Assembly (NCBI GenBank): GCA_051532035.1
Contig: JAOPTW010000014.1
Span: 96,001-160,000 of the forward strand
DNA: 64,000 nucleotides
Source of the DNA: Fibrobacterales bacterium
GTDB taxonomy: Bacteria; Fibrobacterota; Fibrobacteria; Fibrobacterales; JAOPTW01
Direction: 5' to 3'
Shown: one piece after another, positions 42,320-51,580 of the stretch
Layout of the letters: each line of letters begins with the position of its first letter
Position numbering within the stretch: position 1 is the stretch's first letter
Notes under the pieces: generated by a model
Database searches by the model: none
Told to the model about the DNA's origin: nothing
Seen by the model: the letters and a program-made list of their open reading frames with translations, nothing else
Program-made: the position numbers and the translations under genes

Positions 42320-42340
42320 TAAATGTACATATTACAGTTA
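42320..42340. promoter_or_regulatory. Candidate NrtR operator (autoregulatory)
   Basis: 21-bp dyad TAAATGT-acatatt-ACAGTTA with the GT-N7-AC core, about 34 bp upstream of the regulator start. Confidence 0.65.
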
Positions 42341-42408
42341 TCTGGTCAAGTCGAGAAATACGTGCTCTTTATCAGGGCAAATAGACTCTAAATTATCTAT
42401 AACTAGTT

Positions 42409-43275
42409 TTAATATACAAATATTGGAAGCTGAGGAAGAGTATTTTGGATACTCTTTTGAAGTGCCATAAGAGTATCATTCTCAACACCACCACAATAAG
42501 ATTCAGTGGTTTGTCGTGCTACAGAATAGAGTTGAACACCTTTTACATTAGTACTGCCACTCTCTACAATCTTCTGTAACTGGGCTATGTATGCCTCGGT
42601 TTCTGCCTCATCAAAGGTCTTACCTTTTACCGAACAGATCATTGTCTGTACCTGAATAGGTATATGACGTGCAGTATCCGCAATGGTTTGCACGACACTG
42701 TCGAGAGAAAAAGATGAACGGTCAACAATATCGAACCACTCTTGAGTGCCCGCATCGAGCTTGGTCCAGAGCTCCCCATCAGTAGCAGTCAAATAACCCA
42801 CGCCCTCTTTTACTGACGCTCTTGTCAGCATTGTTGCATTGGTTATGAGCACTAATTTAATATTGAGGTCGGTATGAGTTTGTTGTATTTTAGCAACCAT
42901 CTTACACACGTCTAAAAACTCAGGACGAGTTGTTGCTTCACCATCGCCAGAGATGGAGATATCTTTGAGAACTTTTTTATCAGCGGGTATATTTTTAAAC
43001 GCCCCAAAACTCCCCAGTTCACCTGAGCGATATTCCTGGATAATTTGGGTCAATTCTTTATGAAGTAATTCTAAGGAAAACTGCGGTTGTTCATCAGAGT
43101 CAGTTCGATCTACCTGACAATAGACACAGCTGTAATTACATTTTTTATTAATATTGAGGTTCACCCCAATAGATATCCCCCCTGCTCTGCGAGAGACAAC
43201 AGGGTAGACATAGGTATTGTTCTCGAATCGACGAGAGTGATCGGCGTATGCTGAATTGAGATCTGAATTAGCCAT
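42409..43275 (-). CDS. Radical SAM protein
   Basis: YPVVSRRAGGISIGVNLN..K.CNYSCVYCQ (CxxxCxxC), ISGDGEAT, LITNAT, KLDAG. Confidence 0.88.
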   Translation of the reverse strand: MANSDLNSAYADHSRRFENNTYVYPVVSRRAGGISIGVNLNINKKCNYSCVYCQVDRTDSDEQPQFSLELLHKELTQIIQEYRSGELGSFGAFKNIPADKKVLKDISISGDGEATTRPEFLDVCKMVAKIQQTHTDLNIKLVLITNATMLTRASVKEGVGYLTATDGELWTKLDAGTQEWFDIVDRSSFSLDSVVQTIADTARHIPIQVQTMICSVKGKTFDEAETEAYIAQLQKIVESGSTNVKGVQLYSVARQTTESYCGGVENDTLMALQKSIQNTLPQLPIFVY

Positions 43276-43298
43276 AGGAACTCTCTGAAATACTGTGC

Positions 43299-43332
43299 AT
43301 GTATCACCAAGTATTACTACTCAATGATACAT
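43299..43332 (-). other. Stable intercistronic hairpin between typA and the radical SAM gene
   Basis: Minus strand atgtatcattgagta-gtaa-tacttggtgatacat with G-U pairs; no U tract. Confidence 0.55.
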
Positions 43333-43341
43333 ACCCAATAG

Positions 43342-45168
43342 TTATTCTATTTCGCCACCCTGCTTCGCTATCTGCTTTCTCTTATTTTCATCTAAATAGA
43401 GTTTACGGACACGAAGGGCTTCTGGAGTGATCTCTACCACTTCATCAGGATTGATAAAAGTTACACACTCTTCGAGAGACATTTTTTTGTATGGAGAAAC
43501 AGTCGTTGCATCATCAGCTCCTGAAGAGCGAATATTAGTCTGCTGTTTACCTCTGGTACAGTTCACAATAATGTCGGTGTCTTTATTGTGTTCACCAACA
43601 ATCATACCTGGATATACTTCAGTTCCCGGAGGAAGAATCATCACACCACGGTCTTCAAGTTTCCACAGTGCATAGGCAGTAGTATCACCTGCTTCTTTCG
43701 CAATAAGAACACCATTTTTACGTGACTGAATTTCACCTTTATATGGTTCATAGCCTCTAAAAATAGATTGGCTAATTGCATACCCTTTTGAGAGAGAGAG
43801 AAGAATAGGGCGAACGCCAATAAGTGCACGTGACGGAATTGCATACTCTACATGAACCGAATCACCTTCGTGATGCATATCAAGCATTTCACCTTTACGT
43901 TTACCCAGTTCATCAATAATTGATCCACTGAATTCATTTGGCACTTCAACGCTGAATGTTTCTATTGGTTCGAGAGTTTTGCCACCTTCTTTATGGAAAA
44001 TTACTTTCGGTGCTCCAACCGAGAACTCATAGAGTTCACGACGCATATTCTCAATAAGAATAGTAAGGTGTAGTACACCACGTCCCGCTACAATGAAAGT
44101 ACCTGGAAGAGGACTTTTTTCTATTTTAAGAGCAGGGTCAGCCATTTGAGCACGCATAAGACGAGCCTCTAGGTGATTACCTGTCAAGAATTTACCACCA
44201 AACTGACCACAGAGTGGAGAATCATTAATACTAAAGTTCATAGAAAGTGTTGGTGGATCAATTGCAATACGCTCATACGCTTTTGGACGATCTGCATGAG
44301 AAAGTGTATCTCCAATATCAAATTCCGAAACACCTGCGAGAGATACAATATCTCCAAACTGTGCCATTGGTACTTCTGTAAGTTCAATACCTTCGTAACG
44401 CATGATTTTTTGGAGACGAATTTTTTTGAACGTTCCATCAGGGTGTGACTGATTAAGAGTCTGGCCCACTTTAAGACTTCCTGTCTCAAGACGACCTACA
44501 GCCAAACGACCAAGAAAATCAGAATATTGAAGTGAACTAATCTGTAAAATAGGATCAGCTTCGAGATCACCATGTGGTGCGTCAACTTCTGTAAGTATCA
44601 TATCCAAGAGCGGTACAAGGTCACTATCTGCATCGGGCATCTCTTTACGGCAAGTACCAGCACGACCACACGCAAACATGTATGGGAAGTTCAACTGCTC
44701 TTCATTTGCATCAAGATCACAAAATAGATCAAATACTTTATCAAGTGCACCTTGAGGGTCACATCCATCACGGTCGATTTTATTGATCACTACAATAGGC
44801 TTAAGACCACGAGCAAGTGCTTTTTTTGTCACAAAGCGAGTCTGAGCCATTGGGCCGTCCCACGCATCAACAATAAGGAGAACCCCATCAACAGTTCCAA
44901 GTACACGTTCTACCTGACCACCAAAGTCGGCGTGACCCGGGGTATCTACGATATTGATTCGTGTACCTTTAAAATTAATAGATGCTTGAGCAGATAAGAT
45001 GGTAATACCACGCTCTTTTTCGATATCATCACTATCGAGTGCACGCTCTTCGGTTTCCTGATGTTCTCGGTATGCGCCCCCTTGTTTAAGGAGCCCATCT
45101 ACGAGTGTCGTCTTCCCGTGGTCAACGTGTGCAATAATTGCGATATTTCTTAATTCTGTAGTACTCAT
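43342..45168 (-). CDS. typA: Translational GTPase TypA/BipA
   Basis: RNIAIIAHVDHGKTTLVD, EKERGITI, DTPGHADFGG, GRGVLHLTILIENMRRE, VYPGMIVGE, EITP..LR.RK. Confidence 0.96.
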   Translation of the reverse strand: MSTTELRNIAIIAHVDHGKTTLVDGLLKQGGAYREHQETEERALDSDDIEKERGITILSAQASINFKGTRINIVDTPGHADFGGQVERVLGTVDGVLLIVDAWDGPMAQTRFVTKKALARGLKPIVVINKIDRDGCDPQGALDKVFDLFCDLDANEEQLNFPYMFACGRAGTCRKEMPDADSDLVPLLDMILTEVDAPHGDLEADPILQISSLQYSDFLGRLAVGRLETGSLKVGQTLNQSHPDGTFKKIRLQKIMRYEGIELTEVPMAQFGDIVSLAGVSEFDIGDTLSHADRPKAYERIAIDPPTLSMNFSINDSPLCGQFGGKFLTGNHLEARLMRAQMADPALKIEKSPLPGTFIVAGRGVLHLTILIENMRRELYEFSVGAPKVIFHKEGGKTLEPIETFSVEVPNEFSGSIIDELGKRKGEMLDMHHEGDSVHVEYAIPSRALIGVRPILLSLSKGYAISQSIFRGYEPYKGEIQSRKNGVLIAKEAGDTTAYALWKLEDRGVMILPPGTEVYPGMIVGEHNKDTDIIVNCTRGKQQTNIRSSGADDATTVSPYKKMSLEECVTFINPDEVVEITPEALRVRKLYLDENKRKQIAKQGGEIE

Positions 45169-45271
45169 CTCAACCTGATATTCTATATATTTCGCCCAAA
45201 TTTAGTTAAAATGATCTCCAATAGAGAGCAATCAACCTTAATTAAACCAGAATTGCTATTTTAAAGCCTAT

Positions 45272-46327
45272 ATGAGACAGCAAACACTAAAAATTCTCCA
45301 TTTATGTATCCTTGGATTTCTATTCCAACCGCTTTTAATTTTTGCGGCGACAGTAGAAGACTTGAATCCCAATGACCTATTGAAAGAACAATTAATAGAG
45401 CTAAACAGCGGATTACCCCCTGAAGCATCACACTACTTTTTTGTCGACCACTATTTTACTCCAAGTGCACAATCAATCCCTCTTACTACACCCTATGGAG
45501 AAATCAATGGCTTCCCTTTTAAACAGCAGCTCGGTGCCGCCGTACTTGACACCATTAAAAAGCGTTCATGGCATATGGGTTTCAACTATCTCTATACACG
45601 AAGAGGGTGGTCTAAAAAGGATTTCTTAATCTACCCTGAGTATGAAAACCACACCGAGGCCTATTCAAGCCATATGTTTGGCCTTATCTATGCCCGGAGC
45701 AAACAGCATTTTCTCTTTAACACAGGTGCTGTGTACCAAAACAATTTAGAAAAATCTCAAACCATACAAAAGCACCACCCGAGTCGTTTTCTTGGCTATT
45801 CCAGCATTCACTTTCAGGGCGCCTATGCAACGTGCGCCTACCGTACCTCAATTGAACAATGCCATGTAGAGATTCAACTTCACGAACGCCTCTTTCGCGG
45901 TACAGGCTTTCATCAATACCTCCCCGACCTCTCGTTCTCTTATGAGAAAAAAAGTACTCCATCATTTCTCTACTCTCTTGAGCAACATCTTTACGATAAC
46001 AAACTGTATGCAACCTTGAGTGCAACCCACAATGACCCATGGTTTTCATCAGGGCTTCTCACTTGGTATTTTGACAAAGGGCGTTTTTTAAAAGCTGAGT
46101 TCTCTTCGTATTTAGACTCAAATGAAAAACTGCAACTCGGCGGTGAACTCTCTATTCTTTTTGCACGCCTTGCATACAACCACCCTAAAGAGTACCACTC
46201 ATTTATGGGGGCAACACAACGATTTGCCTTTGAACTGGTCTTTCACCTCTCATCGATTAATGGACCTGTTGCGCCTCGTGCTGTTGGCCAAAGTGAAATG
46301 ACCCAAACGACAATCGAGAAGCAATAA
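45272..46327 (+). CDS. Exported hypothetical protein, probably outer-membrane beta-rich
   Basis: Signal peptide; aromatic amphipathic strands; no family recognised. Confidence 0.6.
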   Translation: MRQQTLKILHLCILGFLFQPLLIFAATVEDLNPNDLLKEQLIELNSGLPPEASHYFFVDHYFTPSAQSIPLTTPYGEINGFPFKQQLGAAVLDTIKKRSWHMGFNYLYTRRGWSKKDFLIYPEYENHTEAYSSHMFGLIYARSKQHFLFNTGAVYQNNLEKSQTIQKHHPSRFLGYSSIHFQGAYATCAYRTSIEQCHVEIQLHERLFRGTGFHQYLPDLSFSYEKKSTPSFLYSLEQHLYDNKLYATLSATHNDPWFSSGLLTWYFDKGRFLKAEFSSYLDSNEKLQLGGELSILFARLAYNHPKEYHSFMGATQRFAFELVFHLSSINGPVAPRAVGQSEMTQTTIEKQ

Positions 46328-46330
46328 CCT

Positions 46331-46705
46331 ATGAAAAAAATGTTTGTTCTTGCCCTGCTCTCTCTTTCGCTTATGCAGTGCGTTATGCACTACCTTAATG
46401 AGTCGAAAGCCCGGATCCAACTTCTTAATGGTTCTCCCTATTCTATTACCAATTTGAACATCATTGCTGTTGATCAGTCAGCTGAACCTATTGTACTTAT
46501 TAACGATACCATCCAACCTGACAGCATCTCTTGGGTGGCTCAAACAGATTTCACTGGTACTTTTAACCTCTCGCTCCACATCTTTGACACCCTCTCCCCT
46601 CGCACTGTCGATACCACTCTTATTTTTTATAGCAGAGAGCTCTCCGCAGAATCAATTCGTTTTCTGTTCACTTGGGATAGTATTCCACAGCTAACCGTGC
46701 AGTAG
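46331..46705 (+). CDS. Small lipoprotein, hypothetical
   Basis: MKK-hydrophobic-LMQC; starts 3 bp after the upstream gene. Confidence 0.65.
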   Translation: MKKMFVLALLSLSLMQCVMHYLNESKARIQLLNGSPYSITNLNIIAVDQSAEPIVLINDTIQPDSISWVAQTDFTGTFNLSLHIFDTLSPRTVDTTLIFYSRELSAESIRFLFTWDSIPQLTVQ

Positions 46706-46732
46706 CACCAATCATTTATTACTTTTGAGCCT

Positions 46733-47158
46733 ATGGAAGAGAGATACCTTGGAATAGATTTTGGAGAGCGGCGCATTGGCCTTGCAGTGGGTTATAAAGA
46801 GATGGCCATTGCATTCCCCCGCGACACCCTAGATACACAACGCGTTTCGAATATTTTCGAAGCCATTGACGCTTTTATATGCGAAGAACGCTTAGAAGCT
46901 ATTGTCATTGGATACCCTGAACGGACTGATGGTAAGTTTACCGACAAAACCGTTAAAGTTGACGCATTTATTGAGAAGCTCAAAGAGTCTCTTTCAAAAC
47001 CCTACCCTATTTATAAACAGAATGAAGCGTACAGTACGGTTATTGCACAAGAGAAAACCAAGCATTACTCCAAGAAGAAAAAGCAAAATCAGAAGGGTAA
47101 GATTGATAGTGCTGCAGCGGCAGTTATTCTTCAGGAATTTCTTAATACGTCACTATAG
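46733..47158 (+). CDS. ruvX: YqgF/RuvX pre-16S rRNA nuclease
   Basis: YLGIDFGERRIGLAV, IVIGYP, NEAYST, IDSAAAAVILQ. Confidence 0.92.
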   Translation: MEERYLGIDFGERRIGLAVGYKEMAIAFPRDTLDTQRVSNIFEAIDAFICEERLEAIVIGYPERTDGKFTDKTVKVDAFIEKLKESLSKPYPIYKQNEAYSTVIAQEKTKHYSKKKKQNQKGKIDSAAAAVILQEFLNTSL

Positions 47159-47219
47159 CAGTATCTATTTGCCCACAAATATCTCAGTAATACATGATCA
47201 ATTTTAGATCAATTCCCCA

Positions 47220-48695
47220 TCAATAGGACCAGACATATTCAAGTCCGAGCTTTACCATGGATTGAGCACTTGAAATTGAAGAGAGATAGCTATCCTCAAC
47301 ATAAGCACTAATCTCTTCATCAATGTCATCATATCCTTCTGGACTATATTCTAATACCGAAGTTGTTGAATACTTACCAAAAAGGGTTAGAGTGTGGTGT
47401 TCATTAAAAATCCAACTGAGATAAATATTACAAAAGAGTTTTGTATATCCCTGTTTATGTGAACTCGTATGTACTTTGTTATTTACTTCTACACTGTCTT
47501 CCACCGTTTCTAGCACAGAATCAATACTCAATGTGTCTTTATTCTGTTCATTCAACAAATTTAATCCTAAATGTTCATTCACATAAATGCCACCATATGT
47601 TCTGAGGTTGATTTCCTCACTAACATACCACCTAAAAGAAAGGGTTGTGTAAAGAGTTCTTTGGTCAGGATAGTACTCAATGTTTTCTGATATATTCCCT
47701 TCATAGGTATATATGGCGAGAGTATCAATAACCGAACCCAATGTATCCACTACATAATCAGTATCTTCCCATGGTGAATTCTTTGCATGAGACTTCTGAT
47801 AAGAGTGATAAAGAACCCCTGGTGTTACAGACATTGACCACTTACTCCCACGAAATGATAATCGAGAATAGATTCGAGCCCCTTGCTCTTTTTGATAGTT
47901 ATTATATTCACCTTGAACAAATATACCTGGAGTGAACCACCCAAGCCCTCTATAGCGATAGCCAAAAGAGAGGTCAAAAAAGTAGTTATAGTTATCACTA
48001 TAAATTGCATCACTATTGCTATACTCATAACCACCACTTGGCATTACCTCAAATCCATTATAAGTAATAGAGTAGCGTGGCATAATCATCAAGCTTACAC
48101 CAGTAGTAGTATCGCTATGACCCTGATCAATATCAGCGCTCAGTGAAAGTCCAAAATCATACTCAGCTCCACTCCCATACATTAGGTAATCCATATCAAC
48201 CGCTAAGGAGTATGTCTGATCTATTTCTACATGATTAGTATTCCACTGCTCTCTATAAATATCAATGGTGTCACTGTCACTTGTATCAACGGAGAAAACA
48301 TCATTTTTATAGACACTATTTTTACCGACTGCACTTGCGGTGATATCCAACAGAAGCATTGATTCGTTGGGGGTATATTCATCATCATTTAATGGTTGCT
48401 CTGATAGAACTGACTCTGCGCAAAGTTCAAGTGCTCGACTATTTACCTTTAGGTCATCAGAAAGCTCAAAAAGTTCGTAGTAATTCTGTAACTTCTCTCG
48501 TGCGTTACAGATGGCCTCTTGTTCAGAAGCTGATCCAACAATCTGTTCTAACAAAAGAATAGTTTCAGCAAAATTACCAGCAACCTCTTCTTCATCAGCC
48601 TTATCGAAAAGATACTGAATCGGATCATAGGTAAGAGCCCATGTAGAGCTATAGATTAAAAGAAGTAAAGCGAATGCTTGCATATATCTCATCAT
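47220..48695 (-). CDS. Exported protein: N-terminal TPR-like helix pair plus probable outer-membrane beta-barrel
   Basis: Signal peptide; helical N-domain; Tyr-rich alternating strands; C-terminal KLGLEYVWSY beta-signal-like end. Confidence 0.65.
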   Translation of the reverse strand: MMRYMQAFALLLLIYSSTWALTYDPIQYLFDKADEEEVAGNFAETILLLEQIVGSASEQEAICNAREKLQNYYELFELSDDLKVNSRALELCAESVLSEQPLNDDEYTPNESMLLLDITASAVGKNSVYKNDVFSVDTSDSDTIDIYREQWNTNHVEIDQTYSLAVDMDYLMYGSGAEYDFGLSLSADIDQGHSDTTTGVSLMIMPRYSITYNGFEVMPSGGYEYSNSDAIYSDNYNYFFDLSFGYRYRGLGWFTPGIFVQGEYNNYQKEQGARIYSRLSFRGSKWSMSVTPGVLYHSYQKSHAKNSPWEDTDYVVDTLGSVIDTLAIYTYEGNISENIEYYPDQRTLYTTLSFRWYVSEEINLRTYGGIYVNEHLGLNLLNEQNKDTLSIDSVLETVEDSVEVNNKVHTSSHKQGYTKLFCNIYLSWIFNEHHTLTLFGKYSTTSVLEYSPEGYDDIDEEISAYVEDSYLSSISSAQSMVKLGLEYVWSY

Positions 48696-48708
48696 AGTAC
48701 AAATATAG

Positions 48709-48742
48709 AAAAACTCTGCAGCGCAATGCGCTACAGAGTTTT
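48709..48742 (-). terminator. Intrinsic terminator after the repeat protein gene
   Basis: aaaactctgcagcgc-aat-gcgctacagagtttt hairpin with T tracts on both sides. Confidence 0.75.
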
Positions 48743-48763
48743 GTTTTTCCCTGGGGTTTTTAC

Positions 48764-49648
48764 TTATTTTTCAGTAGTAGGGCGCTCTTTCTTTTGTTTG
48801 CGCTCTTGATACTTAGCTTTAAGCTCTTCTTTCTGCTCATCAGTCATCTCGCGTTTCTCTTTGAGATCTTCATATTTGGCTTTAAGCTCTTCTTTCTGCT
48901 CATCGGTCATCTCACGTTTCTCTTTGAGATCTTCATATTTGGCTTTAAGCTCTTCTTTCTGCTCATCGGTCATCTCGCGTTTCTCTTTGAGACCTTCAAT
49001 TTTTGATTTAAGCTCTTCTTTCTGTTCATCGGTCATCTCACGTCTCTCTTTGAGACCTTCAATTTTTGATTTAAGCTCTTCTTTTTGCTCATCGGTCATC
49101 TCACGTTTCTCTTTAAGGCCTTCAAGCTTTGTTTTGATTTCCTCTTTTTTCTCTTCAGTCGCACCTTTACGGAACTCTTTTCTTTCTTGTTTATTCTCTT
49201 TATAAAGATCTTTACGTTCTTTGCGGTTCTCTTTAATGAGATCTTTACGCTCTTCTTTGAACTCTTTTAGCGCCTCTTTAATTTCAGCTTTTTCTGCACC
49301 TGATTCACGGAGTTCTTCCAATTTGGCTTTAATTTCACCTTTAAGTGCTTTACGCTCTTCTTTATTCTCGGCATGAAGCTCTTTTCTTTCGGCTTTTTGC
49401 TCTTGACGCATTGCACGACGCTCTTCAAGTTTCGCTTTAAGTGCATCTTTCTCTTCTTCGGTCATATTTTCAAGCTTCTCTCGAAGTTGCTCACGAATTT
49501 TTTCGCCACGTTCTTTAAGTTGATCCGCTTTTTCCGCTCTCTCTTCAATTGCAGGAGAAGACACTTCATCGGTCATGTCATCTTGTGCAAAAAGTGGTGT
49601 CCCAATAAGTGCGAGTGCTGTTATAGTTAATAATAATTGCTTTTTCAT
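48764..49648 (-). CDS. Secreted helical E/K-rich protein with five 21-aa MTDEQ repeats (Spy/CpxP-like LTxxQ motif)
   Basis: Signal peptide ending PLFA-Q; AGAGG RBS; repeats KEKREMTDEQKEELK(S/A)K(I/Y)E(G/D)L. Confidence 0.75.
   Translation of the reverse strand: MKKQLLLTITALALIGTPLFAQDDMTDEVSSPAIEERAEKADQLKERGEKIREQLREKLENMTEEEKDALKAKLEERRAMRQEQKAERKELHAENKEERKALKGEIKAKLEELRESGAEKAEIKEALKEFKEERKDLIKENRKERKDLYKENKQERKEFRKGATEEKKEEIKTKLEGLKEKREMTDEQKEELKSKIEGLKERREMTDEQKEELKSKIEGLKEKREMTDEQKEELKAKYEDLKEKREMTDEQKEELKAKYEDLKEKREMTDEQKEELKAKYQERKQKKERPTTEK
48800..49114 (-). repeat. Five tandem 63-bp coding repeats
   Basis: gctcatcggtcatctc(a/g)cgtttctctttgag recurs with 63-bp period. Confidence 0.9.
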
Positions 49649-49695
49649 GATATGCCTCTTATGTTGTCTTGTCGTTGCCTATACCTAAGTATAAC

Positions 49696-49710
49696 GCAAA
49701 ATAGATGCCA
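49696..49710 (-). promoter_or_regulatory. Sigma54 -24/-12 promoter
   Basis: Minus strand TGGCATCTATTTTGC matches TGGCAC-N5-TTGC with exact GG-N10-GC spacing, 48 bp before ATG 49648. Confidence 0.8.
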
Positions 49711-49761
49711 ACTTTAAAATGGTGATAACAGGCTATTTAAGCCAGTTTCTATCTATAAAAG

Positions 49762-49796
49762 TGGTACAATCCCTCCCAGCGGGAGAATATGTTCCG
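49762..49796. promoter_or_regulatory. Candidate upstream activator sequence for the adjacent enhancer-binding protein
   Basis: Imperfect dyad tGGtACAatccCTCCC-agc-GGGAGaataTGTtCCg about 50-85 bp upstream of the -24 element. Confidence 0.5.
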
Positions 49797-49813
49797 AAAA
49801 TAACTCAATACGA

Positions 49814-51580
49814 TTATTTAAATTGTGATTTGTCCAGTTCAAGTCGAGTCATCACATCACGTAATACTTTGCGATCAACCCCCAAAATTGAACCAGCTAA
49901 GGTCAGGTTCCCTTTTGCCTCTTTGAGAGCCATCTCAACAACCTGCCGTTCAGCACTTTCACGGGCCTCTTTAAGAGTCATTCTTTCATGACGCTCTGTC
50001 ACAGTCAACCCAAGATCCTCTTCTTGAATAGTAGTGCCATCACATTGAATAAGGGCTTTTTGTACTCTATTTTGCAATTCACGAACATTACCTGTCCAAC
50101 GATGCTTCATGAGTGACTTTTCACCATTTTTACTCAATCGCACTCCTTGCATGCCATACTCTATTTGATACTTTTCTATAAGATGTTGCGCTATCAGAAG
50201 AATATCCTGACCACGCTCTCTCAGAGGTGGAAGTGTAAGCTGCATAACATTAATTCTAAAATAGAGATCTTCTCTAAATCGGTTTTCTGAAATGGCTTTT
50301 TCAAGATCGACATGAGTCGCTGAAAGAAGTCGAAATGAGACAGGAATTTCTTTGGATGACCCTACAGGGGTCACTTTCTTCTCTTGTAACACTCGAAGGA
50401 GTGTGACCTGAACATTGAGATCAAGTTCACCAATTTCATCTAAAAAGAGAGTACCGCTATCACACTCCTCAAAAATGCCCTTTTTATCTTCAATTGCGCC
50501 GGTAAAGGAGCCTTTGACATGGCCAAAAAGTTCAGATTCAATAAGGTTTGGTGGAATTGCACCACAATTCACCGCAATAAATTTTTGGTCTTTCATCTGA
50601 GAGTTATCATGAATAAAACGAGCAAGAACCTCTTTACCTGTCCCAGTCTCACCGTTAATAAGAACCGGTACGGGTTTATTTGCAACTTTCTCGGCCATGG
50701 ACAAAAGGCGTTTCATTACCTCAGAAGCATAAATTATATCACCCTTACGCTCAATCCCCTTAAGCTGTTCTATAGTCTCCTGTTGCTCATTTTTAACGAA
50801 TAGTTCTGTCAATAATGTCACTACCATGCGAGTAAAAATATCAAAAAGCGCTACTTCGCTTTCAGAAAACGACTCCTTACGCGCTTCACGTTGTACATAG
50901 AGATACCCATTGAGCTTATCTTGAACAGAAAATGGACTTACTAAAATACTTGTGAGCCCATGGGTGACAATTGACTGAGAGAGGTCGCTCTCATCCATTG
51001 TAGAGTCTAAGCTCCACACTATTGATGTTCCAGATTCTTGTGCCTTTTGAATAGCTGATGAACTAATGGAAAGTGCGCTCCCTTCTGGATAGTTAAATTG
51101 ATTTGCCTGATCTTCACCGTCTATAAAAAGGGTGCCATGATCGGCACTTATAAAATCACATGCAAGGGAGAGAAGTTTCGGCATGGTGAGTGCCAGATTA
51201 TTTTGCTGTAACACGCCTTCGATAAGTGCTGCAACAGTATTAACCATTTCGATAGAGCTCGTACTACGAAGCGACTTTTTATCAGAGGCTACAATTGCTG
51301 GGGATGCTAAGGAAAACTGATACGCTGCATCTCCATAGGAGATAAGGTCTCCCTCTTTTAGTCTTGCAGCATCCAGAGCGACACCATTAATGCAGAGCTC
51401 CTGGGACCCCAGCTTAACAATAGTGATTGTACTTTTTCCCATCTGAAATTGTAATGCAAGGGGATCGACCAATCGTGAATCAGCTTCATCAGCAGTTGCA
51501 TCAGAGCCGAGGGTGAATATTGGGTTTTTTACAACAAAAAAACGTTCTCCATCCTTCTCTGTCAGTGTATAGCTAGTCAT
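49814..51580 (-). CDS. Sigma54-dependent enhancer-binding protein (FHA-like, GAF-like, AAA+, Fis HTH)
   Basis: VLINGETGTGKE, AVNCGAIP, ESELFGHVKGSFTGA, LFLDEIGE, FREDLYFR, WTGNVREL, GNLT.A..ILGVDR; N-terminal FHA-like strands (INGV...LKEGDLISYG) and GAF-like segment. Confidence 0.92.
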   Translation of the reverse strand: MTSYTLTEKDGERFFVVKNPIFTLGSDATADEADSRLVDPLALQFQMGKSTITIVKLGSQELCINGVALDAARLKEGDLISYGDAAYQFSLASPAIVASDKKSLRSTSSIEMVNTVAALIEGVLQQNNLALTMPKLLSLACDFISADHGTLFIDGEDQANQFNYPEGSALSISSSAIQKAQESGTSIVWSLDSTMDESDLSQSIVTHGLTSILVSPFSVQDKLNGYLYVQREARKESFSESEVALFDIFTRMVVTLLTELFVKNEQQETIEQLKGIERKGDIIYASEVMKRLLSMAEKVANKPVPVLINGETGTGKEVLARFIHDNSQMKDQKFIAVNCGAIPPNLIESELFGHVKGSFTGAIEDKKGIFEECDSGTLFLDEIGELDLNVQVTLLRVLQEKKVTPVGSSKEIPVSFRLLSATHVDLEKAISENRFREDLYFRINVMQLTLPPLRERGQDILLIAQHLIEKYQIEYGMQGVRLSKNGEKSLMKHRWTGNVRELQNRVQKALIQCDGTTIQEEDLGLTVTERHERMTLKEARESAERQVVEMALKEAKGNLTLAGSILGVDRKVLRDVMTRLELDKSQFK

